Below, one piece after another: positions 18,081 to 26,655 of a stretch of 64,000 nt of DNA. Where the stretch lies: the NCBI GenBank assembly GCA_028864975.1, contig JAGWLG010000003.1:64001-128000 (forward strand), read 5' to 3'. How positions within the stretch are numbered: the stretch's first letter is position 1; every line of letters begins with the position of its first letter. The DNA comes from Thermoplasmata archaeon. Lineage in GTDB: Archaea > Thermoplasmatota > Thermoplasmata > Lutacidiplasmatales > UBA184. The translations under genes were made by a program, and so were the position numbers. The notes under the pieces are model-generated. The model saw nothing but the letters and a program-made list of their open reading frames with translations, was not told the origin of the DNA and did no database searches.

Positions 18081-19109
18081 ATGCCGACCCAGACGAATCG
18101 GAGATGGCTCATTGCGAAACCCCTAGAGGGGAAGCTTTCGCAGGCCAACTTCCGCTGGATGGAGTCCACCGTTCCCTCGGTGGCCGACGGTCAGTTCCTG
18201 GTCCACAATCGGTGGCTCTCTGTCGACCCGACCCAGGTCCTCGTCTTCAACAGCGGGGACCCTCCCGGGAGTGCCGTCCCCATCGGGGAGGCCCCTTGGT
18301 CGCTGGCGGTGTCCGAGGTTGTCGAGTCCCGCCACCCGGCTTTCTCGCGAGGAGACATCGTGCACGGTCAGATGGCCTGGGAGGACTACACCCTCACAGA
18401 TGGGACAGGATTCAACCCTGCTTTCCCGGTGCCGGCGGGGATCCCGCTCGACTGGGCGGCCGGAGCTCTGGGGCTCACAGGACTCGTGGCGTACTTCGGC
18501 CTCCACGAGGTGGCCCGGCCAAAGCCTGGAGAAACCTTCGTCATCTCCGGCGCGGCGGGAGGGGTCGGATCGATCGCGTCCCAGTTGGCCAAGATCCACG
18601 GGCTTCGGGTCATCGGTATCGCCGGAAGTCCGGCCAAGTGTGATTGGCTTGTTCGGGAGGCCGGTGTCGACGCCGCCATCAACTATCACCAAGAGGATGT
18701 CGGCAAGCGGCTGACCGAGCTCTGTCCTCAGGGCATCGACATCTTCTTCGACACCGTGGGTGGGCCAACCCTCGAGCTCGCGCTGCATCGACTGCGAACG
18801 CGCGGTCGCGTGGTCCTTTGCGGGATAACCTCGCAGTACCTCGCGGATCCTCCCGCGCCAGGTCCGGCGAACTTGGTCCAGCTCATCATGGTCAACGGGC
18901 GTATGGAGGGATTCCTGGGAAGGGACTTCATCCCACGGCGGTCCGAAGCGTTCGACGCCATGCTGCCGCTCCTTCGATCGGGACGCCTGAAGTCCAAGGA
19001 GGATGTGCTGGTGGGGCTGCGAGAGGCGCCGAAAGCTCTCGCACGTCTTCTCTCGGGGGAGAACGTCGGGAAGCAGCTCGTGCGTATGGACGAACCCCCC
19101 GGGAGTTGA
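18081..19109 (+). CDS. NADP-dependent oxidoreductase (MDR, CurA/prostaglandin reductase-like)
   Basis: WLSVDP...ALGLTGLVAYFGL...GETFVISGAAGGVGS..SQLAKI.G.RVIG.AGS..K...FFDTVGG...G...GKQLV. Confidence 0.92.
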   Translation: MPTQTNRRWLIAKPLEGKLSQANFRWMESTVPSVADGQFLVHNRWLSVDPTQVLVFNSGDPPGSAVPIGEAPWSLAVSEVVESRHPAFSRGDIVHGQMAWEDYTLTDGTGFNPAFPVPAGIPLDWAAGALGLTGLVAYFGLHEVARPKPGETFVISGAAGGVGSIASQLAKIHGLRVIGIAGSPAKCDWLVREAGVDAAINYHQEDVGKRLTELCPQGIDIFFDTVGGPTLELALHRLRTRGRVVLCGITSQYLADPPAPGPANLVQLIMVNGRMEGFLGRDFIPRRSEAFDAMLPLLRSGRLKSKEDVLVGLREAPKALARLLSGENVGKQLVRMDEPPGS

Positions 19110-19216
19110 GGCCCTCGGTCGCCCCGGAGCTGGCGGTCGGCGATCTCCCTCTGGGCTACTGAGGCCGGAGGGAGGGGTCTCGAGGGCCGCGTTGGTCCGT
19201 GTCGAACGTCGCTCGA

Positions 19217-19246
19217 GGAGGACTCGGCCGCCTCGACCCCCTCCTC
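19217..19246. repeat. 30-bp exact direct repeat, copy 1 (intergenic)
   Basis: GGAGGACTCGGCCGCCTCGACCCCCTCCTC, identical to 22463-22492. Confidence 0.9.
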
Positions 19247-19338
19247 CGCCCCCCGACGACCACATAGAGACTCACCAGGTCCTCCACGGGGGCCCTGCGG
19301 CGAAGGGCGTCCCGGGAGCGGACGAGTTGCCGGCGCTT

Positions 19339-21951
19339 TCAACCCTGGGGCGGAAACCCCGGAGGCGGGCCGGGTTGGACTGGCCAAGGCGGGGGCGTTG
19401 GCGGTCGTCTCCTTCGCTGCACGAGAACGACCGCGGGTACGGAGATCGCGAGTGCGATGACCACGACGATCAGCACCAGGCTCATCGTGGTGCTGAGCCC
19501 GAGCAGGCTGAAGCCGGGGGCCTGCTGCGTGTCGCAGGGCGGCTGGGCGGGGCCGACGACCGTGACGGAAGTGTTCGACCACGCGTGCGTGCTGCGCGTG
19601 TCCGTTACCTCCAAGCTCACCGAGTAGGAGCCCACGGAGCCGAACGAGTGGGAGACATTTCGCCCGGTCTGGGGAGAGGAGCCATCGCCGAAGGTCCACG
19701 AGAAGGCGTAGGCCGGAGCACCGCCCCTCGCAGAACCCTCGAAAGAGTCGACGAACGGACTGAGAGCGCCCCCATTGCATGACCCCGTCAGGCTCCCGGA
19801 CGTGGCACTCGCGTTCCCGAAGGCGACGAGCTGAGGCGGCTGGCCTCCCGAGCTCGCGGCGACCGTGATCGCGACCGAGTTGCTCCCCGCGACGGTCGAC
19901 GACGCGTCGGTCGCCCAAACGCGGTAAGTGTAAGTGCCCGGGTGGGCGAAGGACAGGGCCGAGCCGCCGCAGCCAATTAGGGATGTGTTGGTCCCATTGA
20001 GGGACCACGCGCAGGTGTACGGGGAGACCCCGCCGGAGACGGTAGGGGTCAGGGTCACGGATTGCCCCACGGTGGCCGAGACGGAGGAGGGCGTCAGCCC
20101 CACCGAGAGCGGCGTGCTGGGGGTGGTGTAATTGACCCACAGACTGCCGTTGGTGCTGACCGAGACGTTCCCCCACGAGTTCGTGAGGATCTGGGACCGG
20201 CCCGCCGGCATCTGGAAGGTCGTCTGCGAGAAGGTCTCTCCGGTGCAGGGGAGGGCGTGCACGGGGTATCTCCCGCCCAAGAAGGTGGCAACGCTGCCCG
20301 TTGCCTGGGTCGTCCCGTTGAAGCTCACCGGGGAGCATGCTGCGGGAGAGACCTGGAAGGAGATCGTGTAATGTGCGGGCGGAGGGACCCAGGTGTAGGA
20401 GGCGGTGAGCGTCCCGTTCCCCCAGACCCCGACCGTCGTCGGGTTGCCCCCTAGGCTGGGGAGGGTCAGGGAGCCCGTAGCGGTCCACTTGGAGAAGGAA
20501 TATCCCAGGCAAGTCAGAGCGTTGGCTGAGTAGTTGCCGTCGGTGAACTGGACCCGTGCCCCATTGTTCTCGTTGAGCCCCCCGAAGATGACCGGGCCGC
20601 AGGCAGGGGGAGAGATCACGAACGTCACATTCCCCGCGTGCAGGGTCTTGCCGCTCCACGTGTAGTAGGCGGTCAGGCTCCCCGTCCCGGTGACGTTCGC
20701 GAAACCGCCGGCCGAGGTCGGCCTCTGGACCGTGACCCCACCGGTGGAGTTCCATTGCTGGAAGGAGAAGTCGGTGCAGGGGTTCGCGACGATGGAGTAG
20801 GTCCCGGCGACATAGGAGCCGGTGGAGCCGCTCCCTTGGGACGTACCGTTGAAGGCGATGGGGCAGGTGGCAGGATGGACGAAGAAGGAGATGGTCGGAG
20901 GGGATGTCGTCAAGTTCCCGAAGACGTATCCTGAGGCAAGTTGGGCCGTGTCTCCCTGGAAGTAGTCCAGGTCGACGTTCGAGGTCCCACTGATCCCAGG
21001 TACGGTACCCGTGGCCGAGTGCTGCCAGAAAGTCCAAGTGGGCCAGATCCCGGTGTTGGGGCTGCTCACGCCCCAGTTGGCGATCCAGAGGGGCCAGGTC
21101 GTGAGGTAGGGGTCGAGACAGCCTGTGACCTCGCTGACCCCGGTGTAGAGGACAGGGGTGACCCCGGTATACCCGTCATGGGCGGCGATGTACTGCTGAA
21201 CCGTGGACATCCACATGTCGACCCACGTCGACATGGCGTTGTTGCTGATGGTCCCGCATCCTTCCTCCAGATCAAGGGCGGGGTAGAGGTAGCCGGAGGA
21301 GAAGTACGGCGCGGCGATGGACAAGTAGTGGTTGGCTTCCGTCGTGGCATTGGTCGCGATACAACCGACGGAGCTGTCCGTCGCAGGGCAGGCGAAGTCG
21401 TATCCCGCCATCCAGAGACCCGCGGCTTTTCCGGCGGGCATGTAGGTCGTGAAGGTAGGGTCGACAAAGCTCGCCCCCTGCGTGGCCTTGGTGAAGTCGA
21501 ACTTGTATCCCGCGCTCAGAACATTCGTCCAGTTCGTCACGGTCTCGTAGTGGGACGTATCGACCCCGTTCACTTCTGCTACGAACGGGCGAGAAGGGTT
21601 CGGGCCCCCGGCCGGGAAACCCGACGGCGTCGCGGTGCCCCCCGAGAAGCGTGTCGGACCTTGGACGGAACCGAGGAGCAGAAGGACAAGGAGCGCAGCC
21701 ACCCAGATGAGGCGTCCCCCGGGGCGATGCGCAGAGAGACCGAGCCGCGTCCCAAGCGACGATCCTCGAGCGGAAGGCCCGGGGCCCTCGGGAGTCCCCC
21801 TCCAAGGGATGGACCGACGGAACGCTCCCGGGGCAAGTTGGCCGGACCCACCTGGGGCGCCGGGCCCGAGGGGGAGTGCGGGCAGGGGGCGCAGCACCGT
21901 AGCGACGAGCGCGAACGCGGCCGAAGGCCGTGCCGGAGGCCGCCGCGACAT
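19339..21951 (-). CDS. Membrane-anchored GH25 (Chalaropsis-type) muramidase with beta-sandwich and PKD stalk
   Basis: GVDTSHY...KATQG...D..F...LDLEE..PVLYT..WPLWIANW...WTFWQHS.TG.VPGI...VDLDYF; three InlB-B-like repeats, two PKD-like modules, C-terminal TM plus RRRR and Pro tail; TATA-like AAATAG about 25-30 nt upstream. Confidence 0.9.
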   Translation of the reverse strand: MSRRPPARPSAAFALVATVLRPLPALPLGPGAPGGSGQLAPGAFRRSIPWRGTPEGPGPSARGSSLGTRLGLSAHRPGGRLIWVAALLVLLLLGSVQGPTRFSGGTATPSGFPAGGPNPSRPFVAEVNGVDTSHYETVTNWTNVLSAGYKFDFTKATQGASFVDPTFTTYMPAGKAAGLWMAGYDFACPATDSSVGCIATNATTEANHYLSIAAPYFSSGYLYPALDLEEGCGTISNNAMSTWVDMWMSTVQQYIAAHDGYTGVTPVLYTGVSEVTGCLDPYLTTWPLWIANWGVSSPNTGIWPTWTFWQHSATGTVPGISGTSNVDLDYFQGDTAQLASGYVFGNLTTSPPTISFFVHPATCPIAFNGTSQGSGSTGSYVAGTYSIVANPCTDFSFQQWNSTGGVTVQRPTSAGGFANVTGTGSLTAYYTWSGKTLHAGNVTFVISPPACGPVIFGGLNENNGARVQFTDGNYSANALTCLGYSFSKWTATGSLTLPSLGGNPTTVGVWGNGTLTASYTWVPPPAHYTISFQVSPAACSPVSFNGTTQATGSVATFLGGRYPVHALPCTGETFSQTTFQMPAGRSQILTNSWGNVSVSTNGSLWVNYTTPSTPLSVGLTPSSVSATVGQSVTLTPTVSGGVSPYTCAWSLNGTNTSLIGCGGSALSFAHPGTYTYRVWATDASSTVAGSNSVAITVAASSGGQPPQLVAFGNASATSGSLTGSCNGGALSPFVDSFEGSARGGAPAYAFSWTFGDGSSPQTGRNVSHSFGSVGSYSVSLEVTDTRSTHAWSNTSVTVVGPAQPPCDTQQAPGFSLLGLSTTMSLVLIVVVIALAISVPAVVLVQRRRRPPTPPPWPVQPGPPPGFPPQG

Positions 21952-22207
21952 CCTGAGCCCGATACCCGTCCCCCGCTATTTGGCCCCTTTCACCGACGAC
22001 CGGACCGGACCCTGGGCCGGACCCCCCCTTTCTGTCCCGGCACACGCGACCGCGCGTGCCGCTCGAGCACGACCCGCCCACGACCCCCCGGCCTGCGTCT
22101 CGATGAACGGCTCACCGATCGCGAGAACCAAGTCCGCTCCCACCTCGAGGTTGCGGGGTGACGGGGCGAGAGCAAGCTTGGCGGTCTCGGTGGGGTCCGC
22201 GGTTCCG

Positions 22208-23053
22208 CTACGTGGCCCGCACGACGTGGTTAAAGTCCCGTTCCAGCGTCGCGACCTGCGAGCGGCTGAACGCGCCGGGATCGACCGACAGCACGAGCAG
22301 CCCGTGGTGCTGCTGGACCTTGCTGTGCAGCCAGTAGACGAACTTCGTCGTGAGGTCGAAGGAGTTCTGCGTGTTGAGGAACTCGACCGCCTCGAGGTAG
22401 ACGAGCGCGGGCTCGGGCGTTCCGTTGAGGAAGTTGTCGACGCGCCCCGTGAGCTGCGTCGGGGAGGACTCGGCCGCCTCGACCCCCTCCTCGGTGGTCC
22501 CTTCGACACCCAGGTGGAGGATCACCAGGTCCTCGACAGGGGCCATGCGACGCAGTTCGTTCGGAAGTCTGGTGATGGCGAGCCCTCTTCCTACCCGGGG
22601 GAGGAGTTCGCGGAGGAACGAGCGCGCGACCTGGCGGGTCTCCTCCAGGAAGAGGTAGTTGTACCCTGGGACCGCCGGGGGGAAAGCGGGCGCGCTCGAG
22701 GAGCCCCGCGGCTGGACGCGCACGAGGCTCTCGACGGGGATGCCGACCGGGGTCGAGAGCAGGGTCTTCCGCTTGAGGCGCACTTCCTCGTCGAGGTGCC
22801 CGAGCCGGCTCTCGACGAAGACCCGGATCTCGGAAGGGGTGTGGCCCCTCGCGACCAGACGGGTCACGAAGTGGAGCGCGTCGCGGGCCCCATCGCCCCA
22901 GCCTCGGGCGTAGGAGGTCGGTCCGTCCCCCCTGGAGGAGGAAGTGTCCGAGTCGTCCAGGGCTTGGGGCTCCGTGTCGGTGCCCTCCTCTTCGTTCGCT
23001 CGTCGAGGGGCGGGGGACGCGGCCGGGGGAAGGCCTCCCGTTCGGCCGGTCAC
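22208..23053 (-). CDS. DUF835 domain-containing protein (degenerate P-loop/KaiC-like fold)
   Basis: GLAITRLP...LVYLEAVEFL...NSF....KFVYWL......GLLVLSVDPGAF......LERDF; GTG start overlaps the upstream stop. Confidence 0.75.
   Translation of the reverse strand: MTGRTGGLPPAASPAPRRANEEEGTDTEPQALDDSDTSSSRGDGPTSYARGWGDGARDALHFVTRLVARGHTPSEIRVFVESRLGHLDEEVRLKRKTLLSTPVGIPVESLVRVQPRGSSSAPAFPPAVPGYNYLFLEETRQVARSFLRELLPRVGRGLAITRLPNELRRMAPVEDLVILHLGVEGTTEEGVEAAESSPTQLTGRVDNFLNGTPEPALVYLEAVEFLNTQNSFDLTTKFVYWLHSKVQQHHGLLVLSVDPGAFSRSQVATLERDFNHVVRAT
22463..22492. repeat. 30-bp exact direct repeat, copy 2 (inside the DUF835 CDS)
   Basis: Identical to 19217-19246; encodes EEGVEAAESS on the minus strand. 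Confidence 0.9.
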
Positions 23054-23538
23054 GTGCGCGCGGTCCGGGCCGCGGCCCGGGCGAGAGCCTCCTGAGAGGC
23101 CGGGGAGGCTGTAGGTTCGCTCGCTCCGCTCTCGCGCGAGGGGGCGAACTTGTAGCCGTAGTGGATCACGCCGGCGCGCCCGTCCTCCCGGAGCTTGCGG
23201 AAGGCGGCGTGCACCCTCATCCCGATGTGCACGTCCGCGGGGGTGATGTCGACGACCTGCCCCGTGAGGAGCGGGCCCTCGGGGGTCTTGATGAGGGCCA
23301 GCACGTAGGGGACCTGCATCTCGAAACCCTCCGCCCCCTCGTGGACGACCGAGAAGGAGTAGACCTCCCCGTCCCCCGAGAGGGTGAAGGGCTCCATCTT
23401 GCCCAACGACTGGCGGTGCGTCTGGCAGGTCGGGCAGACGGCCCTCGGCGGGAAGTAGACGGTCGAGCAGGCGCTGCAGCGGTTCCCACCCAGGTTGTAG
23501 CGGCGGGGCGTCTCTCTCCAGAATCTCGCAACGGTCAT
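23050..23538 (-). CDS. DUF35 Zn-ribbon/OB-fold protein (thiolase/HMGCS scaffold)
   Basis: RFWR...RYNL.G.RC..C...YFPPR.VCP.C...G.VYSFSVV...PYV.ALI...G.....Q....HYGYKF; start ATG 23538. Confidence 0.93.
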   Translation of the reverse strand: MTVARFWRETPRRYNLGGNRCSACSTVYFPPRAVCPTCQTHRQSLGKMEPFTLSGDGEVYSFSVVHEGAEGFEMQVPYVLALIKTPEGPLLTGQVVDITPADVHIGMRVHAAFRKLREDGRAGVIHYGYKFAPSRESGASEPTASPASQEALARAAARTART

Positions 23539-23563
23539 GTTCTTGCTTCCTCCTTCCTGGGCT

Positions 23564-24736
23564 TCAGGTCGCCCTCTCCAAGAGATGGACGACGCTCGTG
23601 GCGCCCGTGCCTCCCAGGTTGTGGGTGAGACCGACCTGGGCCCCCGCGACCTGCCGCTCCTTCGCCTCGCCCCGGAGCTGTCGGACGACCTCGGCCACCT
23701 GGGCGACCCCCACCGCGCCGAAGGGCTGTCCTTGGGCCTTGAGCCCGCCGGAGGAGTTGATGGCGAGCCGGGCCCCGGGAGGGCCGACGGTGCCCTCGGC
23801 GAGGGCCTTGCCGACGCCCCCCTTCGGACAGAATCCCAGGTCCTCGAGGGCGAGGAGGGCACTGATCGAGTAGGCGTCGTGGATCTCGGCGACCTGGACG
23901 TCCGCCGGGGTCCTCTTCGCGTGGCGGAACGCCACCTGGGCGGCGAGACGGGTCGCCTCCACCGTCGTGATGTCCTTGCGGTGCTGCAGCGCGAGCGTGT
24001 CGCAGGCGACCTGGCTCGCGCAGATGCGGATGGGGGTGTCCGTGTGCTCTCTCGCCTTCTCGAGCGGGCCCAGGACCAGCGCGGAGGCCCCGTCGGAAGC
24101 GGGGGCACAGTCCATGACCCCCAGAGGTTGAGCGACGGGCGAGCCTTCCAGCACTTGGTCGAGGGAGACCTTGTTGCGGAAGTGCGCTAGGGGGTTCTTC
24201 GAGCCCATCTCGTGGGCGAGCACGGGGAAGCGCGCGAAGTCCTCTCTCCGAGTCCCGTGGTCGTGCATGTGCCGCCGGGCGATGAGCGCCCACAGCGAGG
24301 GGAGCGTCGCGCCGAAGACCGTCTCCCACTCCTGGTCCGCGCTCGCGTTCGCGATGTCCGTCTGGACATCCTCCGGGACGTCCGTCATCTTCTCGGCCCC
24401 GCCCACGACGACGTAGTCGTGCGCGCCGCTGGCGACGGCGAGGTAGGCCTGGTGCAGCGCGACCGCTCCGCTCGCTCCTCCCGCTTCGACGCGGATCGCG
24501 GGGAGATGATGGCCCGCGAGCCCCGCGTAGTCGAGGATCAGGGGGGCGATGTGCTCCTGCTCGATGAAGCTCCCCGAGGCCATGTTCCCCAGGTAGAGCG
24601 CGCTGATGTCCTTGGAGGAAAGCTTCGCCTCCTGGAGCGCGGCGAATCCCGCCTCGATCCCGATCTCCCGGAACGAGCGGTCCCAGAGCTCGCCGAACTT
24701 CGTCTGCCCGATGCCCAGGATCGCGACCTCCCGCAT
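23564..24736 (-). CDS. Archaeal/SCP2-type thiolase-fold protein with substituted catalytic motifs
   Basis: VAILGIGQTKFGE...VGGAEKMTD...DCAP.SDGA..INSSGGLKA; but EAGGASG, HDAY and GQP replace EAACASG, HDCF and GHP; start ATG 24736. Confidence 0.9.
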   Translation of the reverse strand: MREVAILGIGQTKFGELWDRSFREIGIEAGFAALQEAKLSSKDISALYLGNMASGSFIEQEHIAPLILDYAGLAGHHLPAIRVEAGGASGAVALHQAYLAVASGAHDYVVVGGAEKMTDVPEDVQTDIANASADQEWETVFGATLPSLWALIARRHMHDHGTRREDFARFPVLAHEMGSKNPLAHFRNKVSLDQVLEGSPVAQPLGVMDCAPASDGASALVLGPLEKAREHTDTPIRICASQVACDTLALQHRKDITTVEATRLAAQVAFRHAKRTPADVQVAEIHDAYSISALLALEDLGFCPKGGVGKALAEGTVGPPGARLAINSSGGLKAQGQPFGAVGVAQVAEVVRQLRGEAKERQVAGAQVGLTHNLGGTGATSVVHLLERAT

Positions 24737-24738
24737 GG

Positions 24739-25806
24739 TCAGCTCCCTCCCAGGTGGATCTTCCCGCGGAACTTCGCGTACATGGCGTAGGAGAGGGGAA
24801 CTCCCCCGTCGAGGAACTCCTGGACCGGGGGGCCGTGCTGCCGGTCGAAGCCCTCGATCCGGTCGGTGACCGTGAGGTCGAACGCGTCGGAGCCCGCGCC
24901 GCTGCCGTACCCGACGACCAACACACGGTCGCCGGCCTTGGCGTGGTCGAGCACGTTCGCGAGCCCGAGGAGCGCGGCACCGGAGTAGGTGTTGCCCACC
25001 CACGGGGTCACGAGACCGTACTTCATCTGCTGGTCGGAGAACCCCATGGACTTCCCGATGCGCTGAGGGAACTTCCCGTTGGGCTGGTGGAAAACGACGT
25101 GCTGGTAGTTCTGAGGAGAGGTCTGCGCCCGCTCCATCATGCGCCGCCCGCACTCTCCCACATGGCGGAAGTAGGCCGGCTCGCCCGTGAACCTTCCTCC
25201 GTGGCTCGGGTAGCGCTGGCCCTCCCGACGCCAGAAGTCGGGGGTGTCCGTGGTGAAGCTCTCCGTCGCGTTGATCTCCGCGATCAGGTTCTCGCGGCCG
25301 ATCACCAGCGCGGCCCCGCCAGCGCTCGCCGAGTACTCGAGAGCGTCACCGGGGGCGCCCTGGGAGGTGTCCGCGCCGATCGCGACACCGTAGGTGATCA
25401 TCTTGCTCGCCACCATCCCCATGCAGGTCTGGATGGCCGCCGTTCCCGCCTTGCAGGCGAACTCGAAGTCCGCCGCGGTGAGGTAGGGGGTCGCGCCGAC
25501 AGCCTGGGCGACGACCGTGGCCGTGGGCTTCACGGCGTACGGGTGGCTCTCGCTCCCGACGTAGAGCGCCCCGATGTCCCGGGGATTGATCTTGCCGCGG
25601 GTGAGCGCGATGCGCAGCGCCTCGGTCGAGATGGTGATGGTGTCCTCGTCCGGGGAGGGGACGCTCTTGCGGACGACGTTCAGCCCCTTTCCCATGGCGG
25701 CCCCATCGGTCCCCCAGACCTGCCCGATCTCCTGGGGCGTGATCCGGTAGCGCGGGACGTAAGCGCCGTAGCTCACGATGCCGACCTTCTCTTCGGTCAT
25801 GTCCAT
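24739..25806 (-). CDS. hmgB: Hydroxymethylglutaryl-CoA synthase (archaeal)
   Basis: [19 protein letters not shown] (catalytic Cys), FHQPNGKFP (catalytic His), GNTYSG. Confidence 0.96.
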   Translation of the reverse strand: MDMTEEKVGIVSYGAYVPRYRITPQEIGQVWGTDGAAMGKGLNVVRKSVPSPDEDTITISTEALRIALTRGKINPRDIGALYVGSESHPYAVKPTATVVAQAVGATPYLTAADFEFACKAGTAAIQTCMGMVASKMITYGVAIGADTSQGAPGDALEYSASAGGAALVIGRENLIAEINATESFTTDTPDFWRREGQRYPSHGGRFTGEPAYFRHVGECGRRMMERAQTSPQNYQHVVFHQPNGKFPQRIGKSMGFSDQQMKYGLVTPWVGNTYSGAALLGLANVLDHAKAGDRVLVVGYGSGAGSDAFDLTVTDRIEGFDRQHGPPVQEFLDGGVPLSYAMYAKFRGKIHLGGS

Positions 25807-25840
25807 TCTCCTTGCTCCTGCTCTTCGATACGGTGTCGGG

Positions 25841-26518
25841 TCAGATCTCCTCGAGACGCTTCAGGACCTCCTTCGGTCCGTACGGGGTCGTGAGGAGCGG
25901 GATGTTCTCCACCTCGGAGAGGCGGACCGCCAGAGGGTCGACGCGGCCGGGGGCGGAGTAGATGACGGCGGCGGGTTTGAGCGGGTGCGCGCGGATCGCG
26001 ACCATCGGGGAGCGACCGTACTTGACGCCGCAGAAGAGGAGGGCCCGCTGGGTCGTCCAGCCGTAGACCTGGACGAACTCCTGGGCCCCCAACGACAGGA
26101 TCGCCCGCGGGGCGTCGAGGAGGGTGAACCCGTGCAGGTCCCGGTGGAGGTCGACCCGGCTCGCGGGCTTCGCGTCCAGGAGCGAGGCGAGGGTCGTGAG
26201 GGGCACCGCGATGGAGAACTCCCGCATCGCGAGGATCCCCTCGGCGGGGGAGGGGAACCCCATCCGCTGGATGACGCGGCCTCCGTGCGACTTGTCGACG
26301 GCGACCAGCCCTTCCACGTAGCGTCGGATGAACCCGGCACCAGGGCTCTGACGCCGCTCGGCCTCGTAGTCCGCGATCACGGAGGGGACGGTCTCGAGCT
26401 GATGGGCGAGCTCCGTTTGCGAGATGCCGAAGTCCTCGCGCCATTTGCGCAACGTCCGCCCGGGATGGGGGGATAGGACTACCTCGCCCGCGATCTTCTC
26501 GCGGATCTCGACCGGCAC
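25841..26518 (-). CDS. XRE-type HTH transcriptional regulator, first gene of the HMGCS operon
   Basis: [27 protein letters not shown].....[15 protein letters not shown]...[10 protein letters not shown]. Confidence 0.88.
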   Translation of the reverse strand: MPVEIREKIAGEVVLSPHPGRTLRKWREDFGISQTELAHQLETVPSVIADYEAERRQSPGAGFIRRYVEGLVAVDKSHGGRVIQRMGFPSPAEGILAMREFSIAVPLTTLASLLDAKPASRVDLHRDLHGFTLLDAPRAILSLGAQEFVQVYGWTTQRALLFCGVKYGRSPMVAIRAHPLKPAAVIYSAPGRVDPLAVRLSEVENIPLLTTPYGPKEVLKRLEEI

Positions 26519-26560
26519 GGAGGTGAGGGAGGGGGCGGGGTACTAAAGCCTCACGCTACT

Positions 26561-26581
26561 TGTCGAATTGCGTATTCGACA
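26561..26581. promoter_or_regulatory. Inverted repeat TGTCGAAT-N5-ATTCGACA, candidate operator
   Basis: Perfect 8-bp arms about 13 nt upstream of a TATA-like CTTTAGTA (minus strand, 26541-26548) in front of the HTH gene. Confidence 0.5.
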
Positions 26582-26655
26582 GTTCGTGTGTCCCCTGACG
26601 GTGCGGTGGCGGGAGAAGGACCTGCAGCACCGGACCGGACGATAAGGAGGGGGAG

